Shown: positions 38,658-50,409, counted from the first letter of the stretch. The stretch is 64,000 nt of DNA from an uncultured Chlamydiae bacterium (GCA_963730605.1 CAVSSM010000001.1:384001-448000), one strand, 5' to 3'. Notes: generated from the sequence alone by a model not told the origin. Made by a program: numbers and translations.

Positions 38658-40436
38658 TCATACAGGCGCCTCAGGCAAAAATCCGCCTACTTGCATATTC
38701 CACATTCTCGCGTACAGCCCTCTTTTGCTCATCAAAGCGGTATGTGCGCCTTCTTCGACAATCTTGCCTTGATCAAAGACCAAAATCCGGTCCATGTGGG
38801 AGAGTGTTGACAGACGATGCGCAATCACAATAGTTGTCCGATTCTGCATGAGCTTTTCTAGACTGTCTTGAATGTATCGTTCCGTTACAGAGTCAAGAGA
38901 AGAGGTCGCTTCGTCCAAAATGAGAATAGGAGCGCCCGCTAAAATCGCGCGAGCGATTGCAATCCTTTGCTTTTCCCCTCCCGAGAGCTTAGTCCCTCGT
39001 TCTCCTACTTTTGCTTCATAACCATGAGGAATATTCCGGATGAACTCATCGCAATGGGCGAGGTGCGCCGCGCGGAGCATTTCCTCCTCTGTTGCTTCCG
39101 GCTTTCCATAGTTAATATTTTCTCTGAGCGTTCTGTGAAACAACACGGGGTCTTGAGGGATCAATGCAATCTGGCTGCGCAGGGACTCCAAGGTAACATT
39201 CGCAATTTCTTGACCATCGATGAGGACACGGCCGCTTTCCAGAGGGAAAAATCGCAAGATCAAGTTGATGAAGGAGGATTTCCCCGCGCCTGAGTAGCCG
39301 ACGAGGCCCACTTTTTCTCCTCCATGGATTTTGACCTGTTTGTTCTCGAATAGTTTTTGCTCTCCGTAGTGAAAATGAACCTTGTCAAAGACAATTTCAC
39401 CCATGGAGATTTTCAGGTCTTGCGCACCTGGCCTGTCTCCCAAATCTTGGACATCGCTCATGAGGGAATAGGCTTGCTTGGCCATCCCAAAAGATTGGAA
39501 TAAAGTGGGTAAAGAAATGCCGACGTTCCATAAGATTGTAATGAGGCTCCAGAGAGTCATGAACACCTGAACAGCTTGTCCAGTGGTGATTTGACCGTGG
39601 ATCCATAAGTAGAGAAGAGAACCGTTGATTCCGAGAACAAATCCAAGGAAATGAACGATAGAGATATAGCAGAAGGTCTTCTGAGTATACCGCTTTGCTG
39701 CAATATTTGTTTCCGCTTCCTTATTTTGGAAAGGAGCAATGGTATTTTTTTCATATTGAAAGCGATAGAAGAGATTAACAGCAAAATTGTTGGTAAAACT
39801 GTCGACAATTTTGCCAAGGAGTGTGCTTCGCGCTTCTCCGTGGCGGTGTTCTAAACAATCGATGGGACGAGTGACTGTGAGAGAAATTCCGATATGAATC
39901 ATAAGCCATGTAAACCAAATGCATGCGAAGAGAGGATGTATAAACCACAGAACAACCACTCCTGAAATGCATGCCACAAAAGAAGGGATGATGGGCCAAA
40001 ACAATTGCGAAATAATCGTTTCCACTTGGCTGGTCATATCTGTGATTTTATTTGCAAGACTCCCAGCAAATCGTTCATTGAAGTAGCGGGGAGAATGATG
40101 CTGGATATGGTCGAACATGGCCATGCGGAGATTTGCCTGAAGTGTTGGAATACCCTTGGCAAGAAGAAAGCCCATTGTGCGGGAGGCTACTTCGGTGAAA
40201 ATGACTAAACATATCGCTCCAATGATCGGCGCTTGCAATGCTTGCCATGCGGCCAGGCGATCTCCGTCGAAGCGGGTGAAAATATCTACAACTACATGCA
40301 AAATATAAGGCCACGCCAAAGCCTCTAGAGGCCACGCCAAGGAATCCAGAAGAAAAATGAAGGCAAAAAGCCATTTTTGAAGTCGGACATACTTCCATAT
40401 AAAACTGATAAGCTCTCTATAAGAAACCACTTTCAC
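38658..40436 (-). CDS. ABC exporter, fused TMD-NBD (MsbA/MdlB-like)
   Basis: Six-TM N-terminus; GYSGAGKS, LSGGEKQR, ILDEATS, IAHRLST. Confidence 0.93.
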   Translation of the reverse strand: MKVVSYRELISFIWKYVRLQKWLFAFIFLLDSLAWPLEALAWPYILHVVVDIFTRFDGDRLAAWQALQAPIIGAICLVIFTEVASRTMGFLLAKGIPTLQANLRMAMFDHIQHHSPRYFNERFAGSLANKITDMTSQVETIISQLFWPIIPSFVACISGVVVLWFIHPLFACIWFTWLMIHIGISLTVTRPIDCLEHRHGEARSTLLGKIVDSFTNNFAVNLFYRFQYEKNTIAPFQNKEAETNIAAKRYTQKTFCYISIVHFLGFVLGINGSLLYLWIHGQITTGQAVQVFMTLWSLITILWNVGISLPTLFQSFGMAKQAYSLMSDVQDLGDRPGAQDLKISMGEIVFDKVHFHYGEQKLFENKQVKIHGGEKVGLVGYSGAGKSSFINLILRFFPLESGRVLIDGQEIANVTLESLRSQIALIPQDPVLFHRTLRENINYGKPEATEEEMLRAAHLAHCDEFIRNIPHGYEAKVGERGTKLSGGEKQRIAIARAILAGAPILILDEATSSLDSVTERYIQDSLEKLMQNRTTIVIAHRLSTLSHMDRILVFDQGKIVEEGAHTALMSKRGLYARMWNMQVGGFLPEAPV

Positions 40437-40477
40437 GCCCCTAGGTGTTTGCCCATTGCTATATCATCTCGACTTTG

Positions 40478-40976
40478 GGCGTTGTTGCGTAAATAGCCGC
40501 GGATGAGGTTCTACTTGCCCTCAAGCCAGTGAGTCTATAAATTTTTTGTCGCTTACACAAAAAGTTTAGGCTCAACATGACACCCGAGAAAGATACGATC
40601 CCTCCCAAGAAGAAAAGTACCTCATCCGCAACCGGCGAGAGTATAACCAATCGCTGGTGAATCGGGGAAGCATCACTTTTTGGTTCGATGAAAATGCCAT
40701 CCAAAAATGGTACTCAGTCGAGAGATCCAACAAACCAGGCCGGCCAGATACCTATTCGGACGATGCAATTCGATGCGGCTTACTCATCAAAGCGGTATTC
40801 CGGACAGCCCTTCGCGCTTTGCAGGGGGTTCCTCACATCGATCATCGTAATCCTGGATCTCGATCTCGTGTGCCCCCATTATTCCGTCTTTTGTCGTCGG
40901 GCTAAGGGTCTTCAAATCCCGTTGAGAAGACTGCTCAAACCCGGAGAAAAACTGAATGTTATATTCGACTCAACAG
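40478..40976 (+). mobile_element. IS5-family (IS903 group) truncated remnant
   Basis: Left end GGCGTTGTTGCGTAAATAG; YNQSLVNRGSITFW, GRPDTYSDDAI, ALRALQG, FDST. Confidence 0.8.
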
Positions 40977-41329
40977 AGGGATTATTGGTCTCCTTCCTCC
41001 CAAAAGCAGAGCAATGGGAGATCCTGAAAATGGTCTATCCTGAGACTCGTTCGCAAAAAATCTATTTCGCGATTCGCAATCAGAGTTGCGATTTTCCTGC
41101 TGTTGAAAAGGAGACACTTGCTCTACGCGACTTTCTTTATCAAACAATGACGATCTTCGGAGAGCGGCACTTTATTGAATAAGTGCCTACAAAAGCGGGT
41201 TGCCAAACGAGGTCAATAGGGCCCCCATAAATGGGGCTCGATATTTTTCGACTATAAATTTACAATGACTTGCTCAAAAAACGAAAAATCTAATGTTTAG
41301 GTTCTCTCAAAATAGTACCATGAGCCACG

Positions 41330-42538
41330 ATGATCATTTTGACCCTTTGCCTTCTTCTCTTTATCAACGCCATGAGCATCGGATTGGTCTTTCCTATTTT
41401 CGCCTCGCTATTTTTTGCAAGTGGCGAATCTCTATTTGCTAGCGATGCCAGCACCTATATCAAAACCCTATCGTATTCCATGATTTTAGCTCTGCCGAAT
41501 GTCTGCATGATCTTGGGAGCGCCGTTTTTAGGAAGAATGTCCGATCATGTAGGTCGTAAATCAGTGCTCGTTCTGGGCCTTGTCGGCGTTGCTACGAGCT
41601 TTTTCCTATCAGCTACGGCCATTTCTATCGGCAGCTTACTGCTCTTGTTTGCCAGCCGCGCTCTGGCGGGCTTTATGGATGGCTCGGAAGGGGTCGCCCA
41701 GGCGGCTATTGCAGATATCAGCCATCCTAAGGAAAAAGCCCGCCATATGGGGTTCGCGACATTCGCAGGAACTATTGGCTTCATTATAGGGCCTGTAGTC
41801 GGCGGATTTTTAGCAGAACCAACATTAACAGGAAAATACCATTTCCAAATACCATTTATCGCTTCATTTGTATTAACATTATTAAATGCCGTTTTTTTAT
41901 ATTTTTATTTCCCAAAACAACCATTGAGCCATGACTACCCTGCAAAAATCAGCTATCTCACTATTCTAACCAAGGGCTTCATCATCCTTTTCGACAAACG
42001 AGTCCGTCTCTATTCATTCATATTGTTTATTGTACACTGGTCGCTCGCGATGTTCTATCAGCTTTGCATCTTGTTTTTAGTCGACCAGTATCACTATTCT
42101 TCTGGAGACCTTGGCCTATTCACCATGTTTTTAGGGATGTGTTTTAGCGGCGGGATCTTTTTTGTGATCCACGCCCTGTTGAACCGCTTTGCGCATGCTT
42201 TCTTGCTAAAAATGGGGATCGGATTTTTGATTGTTTCTCTTTTCAGCGCTTTACTTCTCAATCATTCCGAGATCTTCCCCTGGGTTGCAGTAGTGCCTAT
42301 GATGCTCGGGATTGCCATGATGTACAACGTGCTCTTGTCTTTTCTCTCTAATGCAGTCTCAGATAGAGAACAGGGAGATGTGATGGGAAGCGGAACTTCG
42401 CTCAAGGCTCTTGCCTGGTTAAGTTCGGGCCTAGTAGTCAGTTGGCTATACCCCCATGTCGTTACCATTTTGATTCTTATGACAGGCTTTGCATTGTTAG
42501 GATTGATCAGCACCAGAAGGTTGCGTCACTCCGCATGA
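41330..42538 (+). CDS. MFS transporter (DHA1/TetA-like)
   Basis: LGRMSDHVGRK motif A, AQAAIADIS, GFIIGPVVGG motif C. Confidence 0.92.
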   Translation: MIILTLCLLLFINAMSIGLVFPIFASLFFASGESLFASDASTYIKTLSYSMILALPNVCMILGAPFLGRMSDHVGRKSVLVLGLVGVATSFFLSATAISIGSLLLLFASRALAGFMDGSEGVAQAAIADISHPKEKARHMGFATFAGTIGFIIGPVVGGFLAEPTLTGKYHFQIPFIASFVLTLLNAVFLYFYFPKQPLSHDYPAKISYLTILTKGFIILFDKRVRLYSFILFIVHWSLAMFYQLCILFLVDQYHYSSGDLGLFTMFLGMCFSGGIFFVIHALLNRFAHAFLLKMGIGFLIVSLFSALLLNHSEIFPWVAVVPMMLGIAMMYNVLLSFLSNAVSDREQGDVMGSGTSLKALAWLSSGLVVSWLYPHVVTILILMTGFALLGLISTRRLRHSA

Positions 42539-42830
42539 GTATTTTTATTTGAAAGCACTTCATTTGCGGCTCGTAAAGGACTTGGGATAAAATTGGCGTT
42601 GTAGTTGCCTTCTACGCTGAATGGGTTGTAGTTATAATGCAGCATGATTGCCCACGATGTTGAAGTGGTCGATGGAATTGGGTTGGCAAACCATCCGAAT
42701 GGGATATCATAGCGCTTACTCGAATAGAGAAAGGCTAATTTATCCGAAGGCATCGGGATTAGTTGGGTATAGTCTGCTGGACGAACCTCATCATACGCAG
42801 CTTCAGTTGGATATTGATCTGTGCGTAAAG
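42526..42830 (-). pseudogene. C-terminal fragment of an unknown conserved-looking protein cut by IS630
   Basis: Open frame YSSKRYDIPFGWFANPIPSTTSTSWAIML ends at the IS boundary. Confidence 0.5.
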
Positions 42831-43951
42831 TATACCGCTCGTGATTCAAAATTTTGATGCGTGAAAATTTCCCTTGACTGCACAATGGCTGCGTGAATTT
42901 TTTAACCGACTCAGAACGACAGGAACTCAAACTCCGGCACCGGGGGGACCGCGATGGGCGGGTGCGTGATCGAATAAAGGCTGTTCTCCTCTATGATGAG
43001 GGGTGGGCTCCCAAAGACATTGCCAGGGTTCTGTTGATTTCTGACGAAGCAGTTCGTCACCATGTTGACGCATACAAAACGTCGAAAAAATTGCGCCCCG
43101 AAAGCGGCGGCTCCGAGGAGAAACTATCCCAAACGCAGTCCGAGCAACTTGAGGCTCATCTTCAAGAACACACGTACCTTTACGTCAAGGATATCGTCGC
43201 ATATGTAGAAGTGACTTTCGGTATTGTCTATACCGTCCACGGATTGAGGGATTGGCTGCGAAGACACGGATTTTCCTACAAAAAACCCGCCGTTGTACCC
43301 GGGAAAGCCAACAAAGAGCAGCAACAAAAGTGGCTCGCCGGATACGAGAAACTCAAGGCAGAACTCCTCGAGGATGAGACTATCTGCTTTATTGACGGCG
43401 TTCATCCAACGCACAATGTGCAGCCTGCTTATGGGTGGATCAAAAAAGGCGTGCGTAAAGAGATCCCAGCAAACACAGGACGTGCCAGGCTCAATCTTTC
43501 AGGGAGCATCGATGTCATCACCCACAGTGTGGTAATCCAAGAAGACGAGACTTTAAACGCAGAATCGATAATCCGGTTTTTCCAAAAGATCGAAGAATTT
43601 TACCCGAGTAAACGAAAGATCCATGTATTTTGCGATAATGCACCGTACTATCGGAATAGGGCTGTGAGGCAGTACCTAGAAACGGCAAAAGTTTGTTTGC
43701 ACTTTTTACCGCCCTATAGCCCCAATCTAAACCCGATAGAACGACTGTGGAAATGGATGAAGGAGCGGGTAGTTTACAATACTTATTACGAGTACTTTGA
43801 AGACTTTAGAGGAGCGATTCTTGGTTTTTTCGCTGTATTGGCGACTATGACCGCGGAGTCAACTTTAGGCCGGGATTTAAGAAGCCGGGTTAGGGATAAA
43901 TTTAGTCCCTTTCAGGCACCTGCTGCCAAGTTTTGAATTTCCTTGGGTATA
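42831..43951 (+). mobile_element. IS630-family element with single-ORF transposase 42893..43936
   Basis: Imperfect inverted ends TATACC..ATTCAAAA; FIDGVHP, FCDNAPYY, LPPYSPNLNPIERLW. Confidence 0.95.
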
Positions 43952-44317
43952 ACCATCCACGACAAGCGTGGAGGCTTTTTGACACCCAACTCCGAAGAGC
44001 GGTGATTTATGGTCAGCCGTGGCTGCCACTTTACGGACGATTTACTTCGATCCGAAGATCTAGCACCCGTTGCTCAACCGATAGATCGAGCAAGAGTCAG
44101 ATTTAAGCGTCTGTTTCTTGCGCCAGCCCGAAGGCTTAACAAATAGGGTCGGGATTATTCCCGAGGCGGAGACAACTTAATGCCGTTGCACACCCTAAAA
44201 TGTGCTAAGTTTAAGAGTGGGAACATTTAAATACAAGGAGCGCCTTCCTCCAACAGCACAAGGCTGTTGGTTTCCGGCGTTAAATTTTGATGAAAAAGGC
44301 TTTCAAAGGAAGCTCAT

Positions 44318-44578
44318 TTTTGCCGATGACCGGACTCCCCCTGAGCTGACGTGCGAGACGATCGTCCCGTCATTTCGGGCTCCGGTTCGCAGCGGCCACC
44401 CCAATGACGATGCGTCGTTGAGGACCCCGGCCAAAGCTGCTCATTTCGAGTCCTCTCAGAGCCAATACTCTCGAGGCCCCCTTTCCGCAAGGAAAGGAGC
44501 GAGCCAAAGTATTGGCTCGCGTGGGGCTGAAAGATGGAGAGCTCCGCTCGTAATATGGCTCCGAGTCACCGGCAAAAA
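44318..44578. repeat. tRNA-Leu 3'-end-derived structured cassette 1
   Basis: Starts TTTTGCCGATGACCGGACTC, ends with inverted GTCACCGGCAAAAA. Confidence 0.7.
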
Positions 44579-44614
44579 CGAAAAAGGGGAAGCAAAGTGT
44601 CCCCCGTTTTTGGA

Positions 44615-44660
44615 GGCAATCGGACGTAATCAGGACTTTTTATTGGAGTAAGCTCAAAGA
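44615..44660 (+). other. Serine-recombinase att half-site (P' arm) 1
   Basis: GGCAATCGGACGTAATCAGGACTTTT; homologous to 54517 and 56979; inverted relative to CGTCCGATTG at 56781. Confidence 0.7.
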
Positions 44661-44725
44661 ATCACTTGCCGTTCTGTGGCAAAATCAATGATTTTGCTAT
44701 ACTTTTGAAAAAAGAGAGGCTTTTT

Positions 44726-44965
44726 ATGAGTCCGACAGTTTTCAAGGAAGGGCCTTTTCGATTCTTCTTTTTCTCCAGGGAAGAGCCTCGAATGCATGTG
44801 CATATTTCTTGTCCTGATGGAGAAGCCAAATTTTGGATAGAGCCTATTATTTCTTTAGCTACATATCGTGGTCTAAATAAGAAACAACTGAATCAAATGC
44901 AATTATTAGTGGAGAAACATATTGATGAAATCCTCAGCTCTTGGAAAAACCATTTTTCCAGTTGA
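44726..44965 (+). CDS. DUF4160 family protein (HicA-like putative toxin)
   Basis: MSPTVFKEGPFRFFFFSREEPRMHVHI...EAKFWIEP. Confidence 0.88.
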   Translation: MSPTVFKEGPFRFFFFSREEPRMHVHISCPDGEAKFWIEPIISLATYRGLNKKQLNQMQLLVEKHIDEILSSWKNHFSS

Positions 44966-45182
44966 AATCAACATTACCCGGTTTGGTTTGTGGCTGTGTC
45001 TTAGTGACGAAGAATTCTTCTTGACCTACGAAGAATATCCATTCTTTAAGAATGCTACCATTCCAGATATCTATGATGTAGAGCTTCATCATGACACCCA
45101 TCTGCATTGGCCAACTCTTGATGTCGATCTTAATGTTGCTATCCTAAAAAATCCCCATCACTTTCCTTTGATCGCACACTAA
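44925..45182 (+). CDS. DUF2442 family protein (usual DUF4160 partner)
   Basis: GLWL..EEFFLTYEEYPFF..ATI..LHWPTLDVDL. Confidence 0.85.
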   Translation: MKSSALGKTIFPVEINITRFGLWLCLSDEEFFLTYEEYPFFKNATIPDIYDVELHHDTHLHWPTLDVDLNVAILKNPHHFPLIAH

Positions 45183-45234
45183 ATACCACCATCCTGCCGA
45201 ATCCATCAAGAGGTCAAAAAGCTACTTAAAACGT

Positions 45235-47049
45235 TCAACCTCGCCTTGCAGTTGAGCCAAAAAATATGCTAGGAAAGTAACTTCGGAATAAAGAGATGGC
45301 CTCTTTAATAAACAGTCCACAGAAATAGAGAATTGTTCCCGCTCCTATTACTATAAGTACTCGCACAAAAAAAGAGCTTTTTGTGAATATTGTCTGGTCA
45401 ATAGAACATTTATACATTCAGCTAGTACCTGACCACAAAAGTTTTCATGGGTAGAGCCTCTTCATTTTCACTCGCGCATCTGGGATAGCAAATCCCCAAA
45501 GGATCTTTGCCCGTCTAGCATTTCTATCTGATACATAAGCGGCCACCTCTCTACCGAGAACTTCTTTTGAGCCTATTCGCCTTTTGAGGCACTGACCGCC
45601 AAGAACAGAAATTTCAATCTCTGCCATGTTCAACCAACTTGCATGTTTTGGCGTATGGCGCACCTCTAATTTCTTAATGATCCTCCTGGCTTCTTCGGGC
45701 TCAAACGTCTCGTAGAGATTAGCCAGTCGATGCGTATTCAAATTGTCCATGACAACCCTAATTTTTTCTGCCTCGGGAAAATGTTTGTCCACCAGATCCT
45801 TCATGCACTCGGCAAAATCTTTTTTTGTTCTCTGGTCTGTGACTTTTATTTCCCGCCAGCCTCCCAAGGGCTGTACAAAAACAAAGAGGTTGCTTGTTCC
45901 ATTCCTTTCGTACTCATAATCTCGGCGTTTGACTCTCCCTGGCACTGCGGCAATTGGCGCCAACACATCATCTACCAATTGGACTGGTGTTTCATCAAAA
46001 CACACAACGGGTTTCTTTTCGTTCAGCGGCTCCTCATATAAATCTAAAACATCTTCCATCCGACAAATATACTCGTAATCCACTTCTGGAACACACCAAC
46101 TCTTTACTTGCCATGGCTTTATTTCGTTTTTTTTAATGTTCTGCGAACCGTTTCGTCCGATATGGAATCTGTCAACTCTAGCGTAATGCAACGATCCGCA
46201 AGTAGCTGCATTGTCCAGCAGGCGCGTCCTTCGGGCGCCTCGCTGCAAGCAAGCGCGATTAAATGGGCTTTAGCCTTTCCAACCATCTTCTCCGGTCTTC
46301 CGGATCGCGCTTTTTCATTGAGTGATTGTTGTAGCCCGTGTTCACAGTAGGCTTTTCTTGTATTGTAAACGCTCACCTCGCTGCACCGTAGCAAAGAGGC
46401 AATCTCTTTATCTGGTTTCTTCTCATCAGCGAATAACAGAGTTTGCGCTCTTCTGATAATCCGCGCGGATGACTTCCCTTTTCTAACAATGTCCTCGAGT
46501 TCGCTGCGCACCTCAACTGTGAGATGAACGGACCATTTTTTGTTCATAGCTGCCTCCAAATGAAAGGCATATATGGAACACTATTCAAACATTTTTTTAA
46601 AAACTTTTGTGGTCAGGTACTAGCCCCTCATCATGCTTTATCATTCCATGGATCTTGCCAAAAAGTTCACCTGGATAAACATAGGATATCGCAATTTGTT
46701 CCCCTGGCGTTATTATCGGGAAAACGAGAGCCGATCCATCTTTTAGTTGTTTGGTTGCATACTCTATCGCTGGAAAAACTTGAAAAGTCTCGGGTAAGTG
46801 AAGATGTATGATTTGTACATTTTTTGCCTCCTTTTTTCCATCATTTCTCAATATGAGATTGCGAGTGGAAATAACTTCTCCATTCGTCATTTTAACGTGA
46901 CCTGGCAAAGTTGTATAGGCTATTATACGAGGATTCCTTTGCCATCTAATAGCAAGATATGCAGAAAGAATAACAGAGAGTATTACGATCATACTCTCAA
47001 TTAAAAGACGGGCATCTAACATATTTATTATAAAACTGGATGCTCTCAA
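45235..47049 (-). pseudogene. Membrane protein gene split by IS630 (N-part 46623..47049, C-part 45235..45422)
   Basis: Removing the IS joins KHDEGL to AECINVLLTRQYS; terminal TM lies in another frame after a T-run. Confidence 0.6.
45425..46620 (-). mobile_element. IS630-family element (orfA 46119..46559, orfB to 45445; A-run frameshift)
   Basis: 21-bp terminal inverted repeat GTACCTGACCACAAAAGTTTT, TA in CTAG target; CFDE, MDNLNTH, SWLNMAEIE. Confidence 0.95.
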
Positions 47050-47111
47050 TCGAATGACAGAACTTGGGATGCCGCAAAGTTACAAGGTGGTCGGTTAAAA
47101 TCAGGCGGCGA

Positions 47112-47572
47112 TCAAGCAGCTAGCTGCTTGAAGGCAATTGCGCAACAAAGCCGATGCTCGATCGACAGTACCAAAATATTGATGTGAGTTTTACCCCATT
47201 TCCAGTTCGTCCGGTCTAACAGCAAAACGCACTGTTCACCCCATGTGAAGAATTTACAGGCGAGAATGACGATAAAGCTCATATCGAAGGAAAAACCGCC
47301 GAAAAATCGTTGAATTCTTCGATAGACGGACTCTTCCTTTGCCTGGGAGCAAAAGGCCTGGGCTATTTGGGTGAGATTTACGCTCCTGACAAGGAACAGG
47401 GCCTGTAGAATTTGGATCAGGAACGAAATTCGGGCTTTGTTCCAATCCAAGAAATGAATTAAAGTAGTCTCTAACTCGCTGATCTGTCTCATTATACCTC
47501 GCTGCTTAGTAACCAACGAGATATGGTGCCACTTCAGCGGGTTTCTTTCTTCAAATCATTTTTTGTCGTGTA
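47112..47572 (-). mobile_element. IS4-family 5' remnant (diverged relative of 32101..33228)
   Basis: MRQISELETTLIHFLDWNKAR..SVYRRIQRFF..LDRTNWKWGK. Confidence 0.85.
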
Positions 47573-48803
47573 CTACAGCGTTTCATTAATTTTGACATAA
47601 TTTCTTGATAAAAAATATACTTGACGCCTTGTAAAATTCGTGGGAGTGCAGGTATGCGAAAGAAGTATAAAGTCAAGTTAACACCCAGTCAGCGCAAGCA
47701 ATTACTCGAAGTTGTGCATAAAGGAAAGCAGAAGGCAAAAACAATCACTCATGCTCGAATACTATTGCAGGCAGATTCTGGTGAAGAGGGGCCGGGTTTG
47801 AGAGCAAAAGCTATTGCGGCAGGGTTGAATATTCACGAACGCTCTGTACATCGAGCAGAGAATCTTTCGCAAACGATGGACTGGAAGCTGCTTTGCACCG
47901 AAAAAAACATCGCCAATACAAACCAAGAAAACTCGATGGTGATCAAGAAGCCCATCTGGTTGCCATATGTTGCGGAGCCCCTCCGGAAGGGCGCAAAGAA
48001 TGGACCTTGAGATTGTTAAGCGAAAGACTGGTTCAGCTAGAAGTTATTGATTCTATTTCCAGAAGCACAGTCCATCGCACTTTAAAAAAAATGAACTTAA
48101 GCCCTGGCTAAAGAAAGAATGGTGTATTCCTCCTGAGGAAAACGCTGACTTTGTTTGCCGAATGGAAAATGTGTTAGGCCTCTATAAGTGCCCATACAAT
48201 CCAGAATATCCAATGATTTGCATGGATGAGTCGAGTAAGCAACACGAGGCAGGAAAGCTGGATAACATTCCAGCAAAACGAGGTAAGGTTGAACGCTTTG
48301 ATACAGGATATGAGCGCAATGGCGTGAGTAATATTCTGCTGAGTTTTGAGCCACTAACAGGGAAACGATACATTGATGTTTCGGAGAGAAGGACTCGATT
48401 GGATTGGGCCAAACATATACAGAAACTTGTAGAGGAGCATTATCCCAAGGCAAAAAAGATCCTCTTGGTCTGCGATAATTTAAATATCCATACAGGTGCT
48501 GCTCTTTATGAGCTTCTGCCGCCCAAAGAGGCGAAAAGGATCGTAGACCGTCTGGAATTTCGTTATACGCCGAAACACGGGAGCTGGTTAAACATGGCAG
48601 AAATCGAATTAAGCCACCTTTCCAGGCAATGTTTAAACCGACGCCTAAGAGACATAGTCGAGGTTAAAAAAGAAGTTGCCTCCTGGCTAGAGGGCAGAAA
48701 CAAGGATGCGCATGTTATAGACTGGCGCTTCACAGTTGAGGACGCAAGAATCAAGCTAAAAAAGCTTTATCCCACAATTGGCAAAATTAATGAAACGCTG
48801 TAG
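47573..48803 (+). mobile_element. IS630-family element, near-identical to 33229..34460 with a 1-nt deletion in orfA
   Basis: Same 22-bp terminal inverted repeat and TA duplication; 1231 vs 1232 bp. Confidence 0.95.
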
Positions 48804-48906
48804 TACAGAGGCGCGTTTTATGGATAATAGAATTTATTATAAATTAATGTACTTTAAATCATCAATTTGATACAATATTTATTATAAAATCATTATATGA
48901 TAAAAA

Positions 48907-50409
48907 ATGACTAGCAAGATTAACTCAACGCATTCATATTCATCCGCAGAGAACATATCTCTTGAGGACCGTTATGCGGATTTAATTTTCCAAGACTTTA
49001 GTGTTTGGAAAAAATGTGATTTCCAAGATTATACCCGGTGCCAAAACGAATGGCCGCCCCAAAATATTAAACCCCACCTTGATCAATCAACGCCCGGGGC
49101 GATAGTTGCAACGGGTACAGAGCGGGGATTTTTCGATCTCCTTTTTTCTGATGAAGGGCTTTGCATAGGGTTGATTTCTCGAGACATTAATCCCCGTGCG
49201 AAGGCCTATATTGATTTCAATGTTCTATTGCTGCGTATCTCTCAAAATATGCAAGAATATACAGAGCTATCGGACCCCATTCCTTGGTCTTCAAATGACT
49301 ATGATGCCATTATGTCCAAGCGCATCGCCGTGATTACTGAAAAAACTCAAATGAGTGATCTACCACAGCGGGTTAAAAACTATTACCTGAAACACATCAA
49401 GACATTGGGAAGTGCTTATCTCCACCTTGGGACACATGGAGATTGGAGAAAAGAGAACCGCCTCAGTGCGTGCTGGTATCATCAAGATGAAGAGCAGTTT
49501 TTAAAGCTCCAACGATATGCCAGGGCCGGGAATATCATTGCTACTGTTGGTGATATCAACGACCTTAGGTTTTTGAAAGAGACAAAAATCAATATTGTTG
49601 ATACATCCAACATCCATGAGTATTGCGTTGTCAATTTACAAGGAGAAGGAGACTTCTCTCCCCGGGTGATTTGGACAGAATTATCTCTTGGAGACACACG
49701 GTATCATTCGTCCCCCCATACCCCCTATAAGCCTTTAAATACAGAGGAAGAGAAGGAATTCCAAATGTGGATTACACTATTCCAGCAAGTCCATTGCGAC
49801 ATAATAAGTGACAAGAAAAAACATTATTTTCAGATTGTGAATGAAAAATTAAAATTAGAGGCATCCGCTCCGTGCAATAACCCTAAAGAAGTCCTTCATA
49901 AACTGCGAAAATATATGCAAGAAAGTATTCTTACCGACCCCAACAAGCGAATTCTTAACGATCCAACTCTAGGATATATCTGTTTAAGTAATCTGAGTGA
50001 AATTAACAAATTAAGTCCTGAACAGATGAGCATTCTCTGCCGCAATCCACAAATTCGGCAGCATCTTCCCTTTTTACTTGGAGAAATTCGTAGCTTAAAA
50101 CCTGAACACTATATCGCCCTCATGAAAATCGAGGGAGCAAAAGAAGAATTCGAAAAACAATGCCTTCAACTCAACATCAACTTCGTTCATTTAGATTACT
50201 TCGGAGCTAGTCAGCGTGCTATATTGACTCAAGAATTGGGCCCTGCAAGATTGGCAAAACTCAAACTACGTGTCGCTCTGTCACGTCTTGCGCAATCCAT
50301 CCAAAGAAGATTGCCCTCCCCTGTCCAGGTCGCCATCATAGTTGGAGGACTTGCTACTCTAGGAGGTTACTGGGCGCTGCGCGGGGCAGATTTTACTCCT
50401 TCTGAGTAA
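48907..50409 (+). CDS. Hypothetical protein with C-terminal TM anchor, effector-like
   Basis: 500-aa ORF after an AT-rich promoter region; Ser/Thr-rich N-terminus; VAIIVGGLATLGGYWAL tail. Confidence 0.7.
   Translation: MTSKINSTHSYSSAENISLEDRYADLIFQDFSVWKKCDFQDYTRCQNEWPPQNIKPHLDQSTPGAIVATGTERGFFDLLFSDEGLCIGLISRDINPRAKAYIDFNVLLLRISQNMQEYTELSDPIPWSSNDYDAIMSKRIAVITEKTQMSDLPQRVKNYYLKHIKTLGSAYLHLGTHGDWRKENRLSACWYHQDEEQFLKLQRYARAGNIIATVGDINDLRFLKETKINIVDTSNIHEYCVVNLQGEGDFSPRVIWTELSLGDTRYHSSPHTPYKPLNTEEEKEFQMWITLFQQVHCDIISDKKKHYFQIVNEKLKLEASAPCNNPKEVLHKLRKYMQESILTDPNKRILNDPTLGYICLSNLSEINKLSPEQMSILCRNPQIRQHLPFLLGEIRSLKPEHYIALMKIEGAKEEFEKQCLQLNINFVHLDYFGASQRAILTQELGPARLAKLKLRVALSRLAQSIQRRLPSPVQVAIIVGGLATLGGYWALRGADFTPSE

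Noticed and set aside
40976..41182. C-terminal half of the 164-aa ORF as part of a transposase
   Set aside because: IS5 similarity ends at FDST; the rest is an unrelated fused fragment I cannot identify
44202..44651. 149-aa ORF
   Set aside because: Runs across the tRNA-derived cassette and att arm; no protein-like features
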